From Amoebophrya sp. A120 (taxonomy: Eukaryota > Protista > Dinoflagellata): DNA of 64,000 nt. Numbering within the stretch: position 1 is the stretch's first letter; every line of letters starts with the position of its first letter. The stretch is taken from the NCBI GenBank assembly GCA_905178155.1, contig CAJINV010000019.1, forward strand, positions 976,913-1,040,912, in the 5' to 3' direction. A program made the translations under genes and the position numbers. Positions 48,103 to 60,100 of this stretch are shown here, in pieces. The notes under the pieces are model-generated. The model saw only the letters and a program-made list of their open reading frames with translations. It made no database searches and had not been told where the DNA came from.

Positions 48103-49569
48103 GATGGCGCTTGTTCGTGGTCCAATAGGTAGCTTCTTGTCCTTTCGCTGGACCAGCGGGGTGCGGGGATGACACGCATCCGTCGGCAAGGTTGTTTCAC
48201 TTGTGCAAAGCAAAAGGTTGAACAACTCGGGTATCGTAGATATAGTTGACAGAATGAACAGCTCGACGAGGACGACGCGGTGCAAGAACCAAAGAACGAA
48301 GACGAAGCAAACGATTATCAACCAGTTTCTTTCATGTAGGAAAGACCAAAAACTGCTCGTCAGTATACACGTAATTAGACTGTGACTGACTACATAGAAT
48401 AAGAAGATCAGCCTTAAGGATCGTCCTGCTTGTGGTCAGCACTCTCACAACTCATGTGAAAAATCAAGAACGGGTTCGGGATCTGATCTTCCAAAACAAG
48501 GAACCGAATCTTTTCGACCCAATCAGCTCCGATCCACAGGAAGCGGAGTGCGAACACAAAAAATGGTATATACAAAGCGCACTTTTTACTCTAGCACGAT
48601 GAAAAGCGGTCGCCTGAGAAGGGATTTTTACTTTGGGTGGGAAACAGTACCACGATATGGAGGTGGATATTTCGTGTTCAACGCGAAAATCGGGTCGCGG
48701 TCGGGGATCACGCCGGGGCTGGCGTAACATCAAAAGGTTGTGTGCACAGATGGGTGGACTTGCAGAAAGTAGTTCGGTGGGAGGTTCGAGCTTTGTCTCG
48801 GACTATTGTGTTCATTTAACTACTAAGTACTTTTAAACTTATCAAAAAATGCTTGAGTTCCACCTACTTGTTGGGCATAGAGATAGAACTGGAACTGCTT
48901 GGTAACATGTGGGGAACGTCTACGGGGGACATACAACAAGCGGCATGCTTAAAGATTCGGAATGAGGAATAGAAAAGGAATGACGCGTGCGCTTCTCAAG
49001 GTGAGCGGTAAAAGGAAAAGACTCCCGCATACTGTAGTGCAATTCTCAGAAGAAAAAACGATAAAAATGGTGCATTTGATATTACGCCTGTGCGCGCGGT
49101 GTCTGAAAAGTTAGAGGCAAAATAGATACGAGAATAAATGAAGTTGCAGCCACTTACTCTCTCTCTGGACAAAGTACTTTCTTTCTTGCGATCTTGTCGC
49201 GGATGGTTCGAGCAGGACCTTTCGGCATTCTTCTTGTCTTTTTCCGACCCTTTTCTTCGTTCGATCAGTGTACGACCTTGGTAGTCACACATCAACATGA
49301 AGTAGCCTTTTTCTCGTTGAACACGACGTCACAATCATACAGCCGATGCGCAAGATGAATTCCGAACTCCTAACTGCGATGGATATGGAAATGCAATGAA
49401 TATGAAAACTTAAGTAAAAGAAGTGATAAAAGTATGTCAGAATATAACCAGGCTCCGCTTCCTGTTTCTGATCTTGTTGATCTTGTCCTTGTGCGAGTGC
49501 GACTGCGTGATAATAAGACCGTGCTTATTATTTTTGTGGAACATTCCCGACCGAGGTTTCGTCTCAGTT

Positions 49570-50037
49570 CTAGAAGTTCAGGGTGTTGGAATTGAAACCC
49601 ATGGATTCCTTGACTTGTTCCACGTTGGACTTGACCTGTTCCACGAGAGTTGATCGCGGGCGACCAGGGTTGCAGCAGTCCCTCTGCTGGTTGTCAAAAT
49701 CCTGCGGGCAGGTAGCCATTCCATTAGTACAATTCGAGGAGCAGAGGTCCGCCCAGTCGTTGCAATGATCCGTGAAAGTGAATTTGTCCGCAGTCCACTC
49801 GGTCTTGTCGTTCTCGCAAAACTCCGCCTTAAATTCGGCTGCCGATCGCGTTTTCATTCCGATGCATTGGGCCAGGGCCTGACTGGCTAGACGTTCGTGC
49901 TCCATGAAGCCCGCCGGCAGTGTTTCGCTTCCTTCCCAAGAGTGCGTGGTCGTGGTGTGGTCCTTCTTCGTCGCTGCCGCAACGACCCCCCCCCCCAGGG
50001 GGCCAGCGGCAGCGACGACGGCGACTTTTTTCAGCAT
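49570..50037 (-). CDS. Small cysteine-rich, possibly secreted protein
   Basis: Hydrophobic N-terminus (MLKKVAVVAAAGPLGGGVVAA) and 8 Cys in the mature region. Confidence 0.5.
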   Translation of the reverse strand: MLKKVAVVAAAGPLGGGVVAAATKKDHTTTTHSWEGSETLPAGFMEHERLASQALAQCIGMKTRSAAEFKAEFCENDKTEWTADKFTFTDHCNDWADLCSSNCTNGMATCPQDFDNQQRDCCNPGRPRSTLVEQVKSNVEQVKESMGFNSNTLNF

Positions 50038-51099
50038 TTTGCGGTGTTGGCGCACCCGCTTTTTTCAAAGCACTTGCCTTTCTTACTCGTCTAAGACGGT
50101 GGATGTTGTTGAAAAGAGAAGGACAGATGCCCACTTTCTTAATGTCGTTGGACGATAATTTTCTTCTTGCTCTAAAGCAAATCTCGACCCGGGAGGGTTG
50201 TAAACAATTGGGAACTGGACATGCGAAAAAGATTGAAAGGCTAAATGAACAATTCCACATCAGAGTACAAACACGACGCGGAAGACCACAAAAACGACGA
50301 CCTCTATGGATTTTATGCGTTTTGCTTTTGCTTCCTTACATCAGTCAGTGAGAAAAAGATTACGAAGGTACAACACTTTTTTTAACTCAGTTTTACATTT
50401 TATCTTGCACCACGATTCATTCAGTTCCAGACAATATATTTCTGACGAATTAATATGGGACGAAAGGCTGTGCTGGGAAAGGACGTTACCATGCGCAGAT
50501 ATTCAGTCCGGACGATGAGGAAAATAGTAGACCACGAGGACGATTGATTATGTCGGAAATTGCCACTGAAGGAACGAACTTCTTGTTCTTCTGGACGTCA
50601 GTATTAATTTTAAAACATTTAGTGCTATTCACACACTGTCGTGCGAAGAACAAGTAACTATAAAACGGGGCCGCCCTATCTTTAGCAGACACAAATTGCT
50701 CTTTCAGAACAATACTGAAGTGCTCAAAATGTACTTTCGGTAGAACGCCACGACCTTCACAAAAGGTGACGACAGAGAACGCAAACGCAAACGGTAAGAT
50801 TCTTACCCTGCAACTACAGAACAGCGCAGATGCGTGCCGCGAAGATGAACGAAGGCTACAACTAGCGAAAGAAAAGTGCAGCTGCGAAGACATTCGAAGA
50901 ACATTCTGATTCTGTATGATGGTATTCAACATCTTGCGCACCTTGCGGAATATCTTCGTGCTGTCGTGAACAGAGAACATCACGCGTGGTCCCCAACTAC
51001 TATACACCGATTCAGCCTCAGCAACCTACCGCGGTTAGTAGAGAAAAACCGCTCAAAGCCAACAACATGCGCCCGTCTACTTCATACGTATGAAGTTTT

Positions 51100-54000
51100 C
51101 TACCTTCTCGTACTCCGTCGCCTCTCCTCCTCCTCGCAACAGCCCGGCAGCACGGAGTACGACGCAAAAAGCCCGCCCGGCATGGCTTGCTCCACAATGA
51201 AGCTCGGGAAGATCTGCATGTTGATCAGGGACAGCGTCTCCAGAATCGTCAGCTCCGGGTCCGTCACGTCCGTTCTCAGCTGCAGGTAAAATATCCCACA
51301 AAAAAACTGTTTCACTGTGATGATTTTGCATGAATCGCATTACAAGTTTGTTACACATTACACAGAAAATCTGCCATGCGCGTTTCCCAAGGGAAAACAC
51401 GCTCCAAAATCCAATGTCTTGCAGGTGTAGCAAGACAAATAGTTCTGCGTTCCATTTTCTGCATCACAAGTTCACAGTGAAACAGTTTTTTCTTGCGATA
51501 TAAAACTCCCCATCGTCGATCACCACCATGCCGGACTGCGTCTATCAAAGTGAAAAAAGCCCCAATCCCATATCCAAAAGACGCTCTGCGTTGCTGGATT
51601 TGTGTACACAAATGAGCTTTGTACTGCAGCAAGAGCTTGTCGGCATATTCTAAGCCGATCTGGTTACGCATCCTGCTAGCAGCTGAGCATGAGAAACGAC
51701 AACAAGTCTGACATAGGCGAAAACGCACGACAGCCTCGCTGTACAATGCGCCACATGGGTGCCGTTTGCCTTGTACGGATGACAAAGCTGACGTGTCCTT
51801 GTGGTCAGCACAAATTAGCATCACAAGTTTTCTTTTGTTCGATATGGGGAGGGGGGAGTTTTCCTTCCAATAGCGTCAAATCGGTCTTGATCGGACAGTC
51901 GGGGAAGCCGGCGGAAAATTGCTCAATGAACGTCGTGGTCATGTTGTTTTTACCCAGAGATTATCGAATGCAAATATACCTGGATGTCTGGAAGATTCTG
52001 AGACTTGTCATGCATGTTTTTCATCAGCCATGATGTCTGTAATGCATGCCCTAGCATCAAAGATTTTTTGAGGGCTTCTTGATGCTTATTCCGCATGACA
52101 AATACCTCTGCTACCGCGCAGCAGCAATTAGACTCCTTTTGCTGTTCGTGCAATACAGATTTTTTTGGAATCCAAATGCAGCATGACAAGTTGCATTCTT
52201 CCAGACATCAAGGGATATTTGCACTTGATACAGATGAATGAGGCCCAGCAGCGCCTCGGCCGGGGTTTATAACCAGCTCATGTGTTACAATCTCAAACGG
52301 TGCAATAGAATATGGAAATCTGTGATGCAAGAGTGCATGACCTAGCCAACTCTTATAGGATTGCACATGACAAGTTCTGGAGCCCCAAACCCCCCTACAG
52401 TCTGGCGAAATTTGTATTGCAAAAGGTGGAACGCTGTGCGAGTCTGTCATGCTCATCATGCAACACAAGTTCCAGATTCTATTGTAACGTTTGAGATTGT
52501 AACGTTTGAGCAAGTCATAGGGTTCGCCACCGGTGTCCACTCGTCGGGGATCGAGTCTTCTTCTTCCGACGAATTTACAGGCGGCGATGAGCCGTCAAGT
52601 CGCGACGAGGCCAACTTTGCAGCGGGGCTCGAAGTAGAAGTAGAGCCCCCTGCTACAACCACTACTTGTTGTCCTCTTTTTCTCGTCAAATTCGCAGTGA
52701 CAATTTGCCGCGATTTGATCGGGCCTTGGCGGGTAGTTATGACCTCCTTGATCGAAATTTCGTCTGGGATTTGCGTATTCGCCCCTGCGGCCACGGCCGC
52801 GACAGAGGAGGCGGTGGTAGAAGAATTGGAGTACGTGTCCGCGTCATCCTCGACAAAACCGAGAATGCGGGACCTGATACATAATTGGTACAATGATCAC
52901 GATCACATCAATGATCTACTCCCTCATACAGCAGTCCGACGAATCGTACTGAAATTTTGTCCTCGTTACGCGGCAGATCGTTGCAAAAATCTTTAAGTAT
53001 AGAATCAATCAATCGAGTTAAATTCTTACCCTTCGTCCAAATTTTTGTCCCATTTTCTCCTTTTTTCCACGTCCGTGAAGTACTCGTACACCAAATCAAT
53101 GCTCGCCTTGATCTTCAGCGACACCCGCCACCTCCGGATGCCTAGCTCCGTCTTCTGGCTGTAGATTTGGATCTTGTCCCCCTGCGATTTTTCCAGCACC
53201 CAGTCGGATTTGTTCTGCAAAAATCGCGGGTAGGTCGCCTGTAACCGATTGAGGCGCTCTTTCACCACCGCGGGTAGGTGCTTCTTCGCGATCTTTTTGG
53301 GCGAAAACCGGTTTGGAGAGCTGGAGAATTCGGTCTCCAGGTCCGAATCTTCTAACTCGTCCGCGTCGATCTCCGCTTGTGGATAATTTTCCCCGGTTGT
53401 AGTGGATAAAGCAGGTTCTACTTGTTTTCCTATTCGTGTTCTGCTACTGCTTTTATTCTTACTGCTCTTCACCGGACTGGTACCTCGCACATCTTCTTCG
53501 AGCAGTTGGTAGTCTCCGTAGAAGCCAAACCAAGGGTTCAGAAACTCCAAAGAGTTCGCAAAGTCGATTGCTTGTAGGAACTTCTCGAGCTGCTTCTCCT
53601 ATCAAATGCAAAAGTGTCTGGGTCTGGAAGAATGCAAGTTTGTCATGCTTGTCTGGCATGACTCGAGAATCTGTGTTGCATAGGTACGAAAGAGCCGTCT
53701 TAACTGTCATGCGAAAAGGCAGTTTGCCATGCGGAATACGTAAGACATGGCTGCACCCACAAAATTTGTCATGTATACCTGCGTATTGCGGCGCGTCTAT
53801 CATTCATTTTTAGCATTACAAACTTCCAGACCCAGACATTTTTGCAGTCCAAATCTCCCGCTCCTCGATGATTTTCATTTTCCCGCTGGCAAACAGCTTT
53901 TTCTGCGGGAAGTCGGGGAACTTCTGCGGCCCCAGCTGCTCGTACAGTATCAAAGTGAAAAATCCTCCCTCCCCATATTGAAGCGGAAACTTCTGTTGCT

Positions 54001-56053
54001 GGATTTGCGTACACTAATCAGCTTTGTCTTGCAGCAGAGGACTGCACGCAGCTCGCAAGCCTGGATAGGTGCCTCTTAATGTAGGCGCCTAGCATGGTAG
54101 ACGGCTGCCCTGTAGTCCTTACAGCATCACAAATCGCCTGCATAGCGTGGTAGAGAGCCTGGATTTGCCTTCTCGCAAGACAGACAGGATTTGAGGTCAC
54201 AAATCTGCATCACAAATTTTCAGAAGATACGTTTTTAATATGGGGAGGGGGGATTTTTCCTTGCAATATACAGCTCGCGGAACTCGCTGTACCGCTTCCA
54301 CACGGAATACAGGATCTCCTGAGATGAAGAGGACGAAGATGAAGAATTCGCGGTTCCGCTATCTATCCTGTGCAAAAGTATCGCACTCGTACTAATTGCA
54401 GATATGCATGACAAATCCAACTTTCTACCTGAAGTAGCATGACAAATTGCATTTTTGTTCTTAGGAAAATTTGTAATGCAATTCATACTAGTACGATAGT
54501 TTTGCAATGCATAAAATGATCGGCAGGATTTCTTTGTTCCTCCTCCGCCGAAGATTTTCTTCTTTTCGAAGAAGATATGACTTGCTCAAACCAACGTTAC
54601 AATCTCAAACGTTACAGTAGAATCTGAGACTTGTGTTGCATGATGAGCATGACAGACTCGCAGAGCGTTCCACTTCCTGCAATACAAATTTCGCCACATT
54701 GTAGTGGAGTTTGGGGCTCCGGAACTTGTGATGCGCAATCCACCTCCAAGAGCTCGCTAGATCATGCACTCTTGCATCACAGATTTCCATAACCTTTGAG
54801 ATTGTAACACCTGAGCGGGTTATAGAAGACGAGGACGTTTTCTGTGGCTTCGTCCGTTTGTTGTTATCCAGTGTAAAAATGTCTGCGTCTGCAAACTTGT
54901 GATGCTGGGTGGCGTCTCATGATGAGGCCACAAGTGCTGGCTCAGCATGACAAGTTTCTGAGCTTCTAGGTGTTGCCCATTCTGCATGACAAACTGCGTT
55001 TCTGCATCACAGAAAAATGGAGCTCTTGGGTAACGTGCATGACAGATAGATTTGAGAGTCATGCCAGACAAGCATGACAAACATGCATTCTTCCAGACCC
55101 AGACATTTTTGCACTTGATAGTTGTGGGACCGAGACAACGCGACCTGGTAGAATCCGGTTTCATCCTCGACTTTGGAATCAATTTATTGTGAGGAAAAAT
55201 ATCTTCCCCTCCCCATATCAAAAGGAAGTTTCTGAAGCGGGATTTGCGTACACAAATCAGATTTCTCTTGCAGAAAGTGCTTGGCGGCATTTTGATTTTC
55301 TGAGCCTGTTTGGGTATGCAGGAGGCTAGCAATTACGCATGGCAAACAGGTTTGCAGTAGCCGAAAGCGCATGACAGATTGGCTTTGGAATGCGCCACAT
55401 GGCTCCTATTGCCCTATAGGCAAGACAAAGATGATTTGTGACCACGAATCAGCATCACAAATCTCCATTTTGATATGGGGACGAGGGGGAATTCTTCATT
55501 GTAATACAATTACGTGCATCACGAGCGGTGGGATCGAGGGCGGGGATGCTGTTAAGGCAGAAGTAGCTGGTATTTCTTGCTCCGTTTGAAGATGTTCTTG
55601 CTTTCTCTTGTCTTTGGACCGTCGCCGCTCTCGCACGTCGGAAGTGAGGGAACTGTGATCGGCGCTGTTTGCGCGGAGCTGGTTTTGCGCTCCCGCGCGC
55701 TTGGCCCCGCAACAGGCGAGAATGGTTTTTTTCAAGAAAGCGGTTAATCCGGATTTCGGGAAGAACCCGAAGAGTTCGAGAAAACAGGTGAGGACAAGGA
55801 GGAAAAAAACCGTTTCGGAAACTACGATGGTGAAATCGCGGTTGCCGCTGGAAAGAAGGTCGAAGAAAAATGTCAGGAGTCTTGTGAACAAGGCGGGCTG
55901 GTGGTGCACGGAGTCTGCGCCGTCGTGGGGTTCTTGCGCTTTGCCTCGGGCCAGCTGGAGGTCTCCTCCGGTTGCACCTCCAACGTCGGTGCTGGTCGTG
56001 GATGGGTGCTCAGGCGAGGGCTCGTTTGTTTCACTGCTGAAAAGTGAAAACAT
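51100..56053 (-). CDS. Membrane-anchored PX-like plus START-like lipid-binding domain protein, multi-exon
   Basis: N-terminal TM (VFFLLVLTCFLELFGFF), PX motif YSVWKRYSEFREL, START-like IKASIDLVYEYFTDVEKRRKWDKN. Contains 10 introners. Confidence 0.65.
51292..51500. mobile_element. Introner family D
   Basis: DR TAAAA. Confidence 0.85.
51543..51872. mobile_element. Introner family E
   Basis: DR GCGTC. Confidence 0.8.
51962..52230. mobile_element. Introner family A
   Basis: DR GAGAT/CAGAT. Confidence 0.75.
52268..52519. mobile_element. Introner family F
   Basis: DR GGGTT; near-copy of 11609-11865. Confidence 0.85.
53600..53853. mobile_element. Introner family A
   Basis: DR TCTCC; right end AAA. 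Confidence 0.8.
53948..54268. mobile_element. Introner family E
   Basis: DR TACAG. Confidence 0.85.
54364..54513. mobile_element. Introner family C
   Basis: TIR clear; DR degraded. Confidence 0.7.
54576..54824. mobile_element. Introner family F (inverted)
   Basis: DR GAAGA; reverse complement of the 52268 type. Confidence 0.85.
54865..55120. mobile_element. Introner family A
   Basis: DR GTTGT. Confidence 0.85.
55185..55506. mobile_element. Introner family E
   Basis: DR CAATT. Confidence 0.8.
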
Positions 56054-57126
56054 TTGCTTGCTGCTAGCGTGCGGGAGAAAAAAAGGAAAAATCGGCAGCG
56101 TAGATGAACTACATCAAGTGGTTGCTCAGAGCTGCACCGCGTGGTCCAGCTCCACCAGGCGCGCGTGTCAATGCTTCCATAGGAATTTTCTGTGCGCACT
56201 AGCTAGTACAGAAGCGAAACGCGAACTTATATGCGCAAAAAAACTGAAAAAACCGTGGCTCCTCGTTGTTGAGCAGTCACCTTCTTATTTTAATTTTGGT
56301 AAGACCAGCGACCGAGATAAAAAGAATAAAATATCACAGAGCTATAAAAAATGCTCTCGTTCTTGGAAAGAAACGTCGCCGGCACGTCGGCGAACACCAC
56401 GAGAAGTCACCTAGTATCGACTGAAAGAAGTACAAACTATCCACTATCCGCTGTTCGGGCCGCTGCTCGTGCCCTCCGAGCTCCTTCTAATACCTTAGAA
56501 GTACTACACGCCACCAGTTGCGACCAATGTGTTTCTCTTTTAATTATGGAATAAATCTCGTGCGTTTATGAGGTGCTCCGATGCGCTTGTTGTACTTCTA
56601 CTGCTCCGACATTCTAGTTCTTTCAACTATCCCTGTTTCACAATGAAAATTGATTCACGTGACACATGTTAGTCACTCGAGGGCGATTCGAGTCCACGAG
56701 TGATGATGCATTTAATGACATCCTGCTTACTTTCTACGGGTGAATTGTTCTTCGATAGCAATAGGGCAATACGTAAAAGTATTTTGACTGAAATGCGTAG
56801 GCTTTGGCTCTCCACGTTCCTTGCAAATAAAAAGACCAATGAATATCATATCTCCGTTTTCATGTCGAAAAACAGTAGTACGTTCGACCTGCGGTTTTTT
56901 CGGTTCTCATGCTCCGATCGGAAAGCACGAACAGGATCACCAGCAGGAGAGTCTCTACTATTGATTAAATGGCGCATTATTTGTTGGTTATTTTTCTGTT
57001 TCTGTACACAATGCAGTACTAAATCGAAATCATACGTACAGCGATCAGATGACAAAGAAGTGCGTTGTACTTCATTGAAGACAAAGGAGCGTATTGCAAT
57101 CTACTACCTCAGAGCTCCGAACTCCT

Positions 57127-60100
57127 CTAGCAGTTCGGACTGGCAACCACCTCCGCATGCAGGCGGAGCTCGAACATGGAAGTAAAATCCGGGTCGCAGA
57201 ACTTCACCAATTGAAAAATTTCGTCTAACGCCGTTAACGACTATGCATTGCAAATATATCTGGGTCTCGAAACTTGTGATGCTAATCTATCTATGAACTG
57301 TGGGGACACTGCAATAGGCAGCCGCGCATGACAAGTTTCTGGGCTCCTTTGTGATTCGCTTTCCGCATGACAAACTACATTTTTGCATGACAGGCAAGAG
57401 GCTCTTTTCCTGCTCACGCATTACAGGTGTAAGAGTCATGTGAGACAAGCATGACAAGAAACCTTGCACCTTTATTCCAGACCTAGACATATTTGCAGTG
57501 CATAACGACGTCGCGTTGTCAATGTTCAGCAGTTCCTGCCTCGCGATCTCGTCTTTGGTCGGTGTAGACGTATCAAATGCAATTATGTCCGGGTCTGGAA
57601 ACTTGTGATGCAAGTCCGTGGAAAATAAAGCGCTCTGTAATGCGCAGCCGCCAGGAATGACAAGTTTTTTCGTGCTTCTGCGATGCGTATTTCGCATGAG
57701 AAACTGCGCATTTGCATGACAGGCAAGAGAACCTCTTGGTGGCCACGCAATACCGAGTGCAGAATGAGAAACATGCCAGACTAGTATGACAAATCTCGCA
57801 ACCTTCCGGACCCAGACATTTTTGCATTCGATAAGACGCTGCGGTTGTGGATTTCTTTTTCTTACCGCCCACCACCGTGCTCGCGTCGTCATCCACCAAC
57901 ACGGGTGATTTCACGCTGGTCTTCGACGTTTTCGCGATGCTTTCTGTCACCTCGGAGGCAGCCTCATCAGCGCCGTTAGAGAGGACCACACTGGATTTCG
58001 AAGAAGTGACCGACGTCGCGGACGGGCGCTTTTCCTTCTCCTCGGGTTGTTTTGTAGTTTATCGCACGAAAAAAGTGTTCCAGTTACACATTTGTAGTGA
58101 ATTCAGCAACACAAATTTCTCGGCATGAGAGAGAAAACTTATAGTGCAGAAATCGTACGGGAAAACACCTACGAAACGAAGCCCCTATGGATATCCGGCA
58201 TGACAGAGCTTGTCTGTCTTGCTCAACCTGCAACACAATTTGTAACTGTAACACTTTTTTCTTGCGATATAGTAGTTCCTGATTCTCTCAATACTGAGGA
58301 CCTGCTGCTCTTCCCAAGATTGCTGGTTCTTTCATCCTGCTCTTCTTGTTGCTCTGTAGTAGCTTTGCATGCTGTTGTACTATCACGATCCGCATCTACT
58401 TTATCCTCCACAGATTTAGCCTCTGCTTCGCCGGCAGAAGTTGTGGCTGCAGGAGCTTTCTCTTCTTTTTTTTCGCTTGTTCTTGCGTTTTCATCTTTAT
58501 TTTGTTCACCTACCTGCTCAGTTGTAGACTCCTTGTCAGCATCTGCTTTGGTGTCGTCGACATTCGCATTTATTCCGCTGGCGGCGTGACTCATGTTCGT
58601 GCTTCTTCTGGAACCGACGTCGTTGGTATGAGAGTGCACAACTACTCTTTCCAAAGCTCATCTGTAGGCCACGAAGAGCACAACTACAAGTTCGCTATCG
58701 GGAAAAAAAAAAAATGCAGGTTCTGTATGACATCAAAGTCTTACGAGATTGTAATGTTTCTATTTGGGCTGCTACAAGCTAGCAGTGTCACGCAGTGCAA
58801 AGAAGCAAAGACTGGAACTGCAACTGGATTAATTATTTGGTATGTTGCATGACAAAAAAGGGGAAGATTAAATTGTGCACTCTCGTCATAGTTAACCACG
58901 GCGGATTCCGCCAGCTGTAAGAGCTCCGCAACGTGATCGGGCAACTCCGACAAGTTATCCAAGAAAAAAAGATTGTATGAGTAACTTTCTTGGAGGATTA
59001 GCGTGACAAATATCACTCGCATGACAGCAAAAACCTGTCATGCGCAGATAGTACGTGAAAACGCCCTTGAATGGACCCTACAATGCAGGCACAGCATGAC
59101 AGGCGCAATCAATTTGCATTTTGAGCATCACAAATTTACACTGACAACGCTTTTTTCTCGGATACAGGTCGCTGATGGTCCACTGGTACTCCAACTGATA
59201 TCCCGTGTAAAAGCGTCCCCATAGTTGTCATGCAATTCTGCATGACAAAAAAGTTTCTCATGCGGAGCTCTATGAGAAGCATTTTCTATTCGTGTTTTGG
59301 AACAATTTGTGACGCTAGAACCAGCATGCTATGCTAGATCTGTGATGCTTCAGAACTGGCTAAATAGGATGGCACTACGAGGGCAAACTTGTCATGCCAA
59401 ACAACCAAAGCTGGTTGACTTGTCTAGCAGATTTCCCATCTTGAGTCTGGTGTGGGGACGTTTTTAACCAGGATAGCTGATTTACCGTCCCCATCCCGAT
59501 GCGCTCCATGTCCCGGAATTTCCGCTCCCACTTCATGCGGTGGGAAATTTCCGGGAGCTGCGAGCAGATGCTCAGCCGCACTGCCTGCACGATCACCTGG
59601 AATTCGAAGGTGTTGCGACTCAACTCCAGCTCCGTGCCGTATCTCTTATGAATTGCAAAAGTATCGTATTCGTATAAATGCATTACAAATTTGCTCAGCA
59701 TGAGAAATGAAATTTGTAAATGCGGCTTTGCTTTCAGAAAAAAAATTGTAATGCATGGTCGCAATACGAGTACGATACTTTTGCACAGGATACCGCTGCA
59801 ACTTGGACAAAATCTCCGTCACGTGGGAGATCGCGGTGTCCACTTCGCCCCGCATCTCTTCAATGTCCTATCCTGAGTAAAAACGTACCCACGCCAGAGT
59901 TGTAATGCGGATTTGCAAAGACAGGAAGACTTGTAATGCGCATCCCCATGAGAGCCATTTCCAGTCGTGTTTTGGAATTTGTGATGCTGTGAACAGGATG
60001 AGCAGATGAATCTGTGACGCGGCTGCACTTGCTAACCTGCACTACACTGCAGAGCGCAACTTGTCATGCGTGACTCACAAAACTCCTAGGTTTGTGTTGC

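Noticed and set aside
58696-58860. Possible additional degenerate introner starting TATCGGGAAAAA
   Set aside because: No matching right TIR or direct repeat could be identified.
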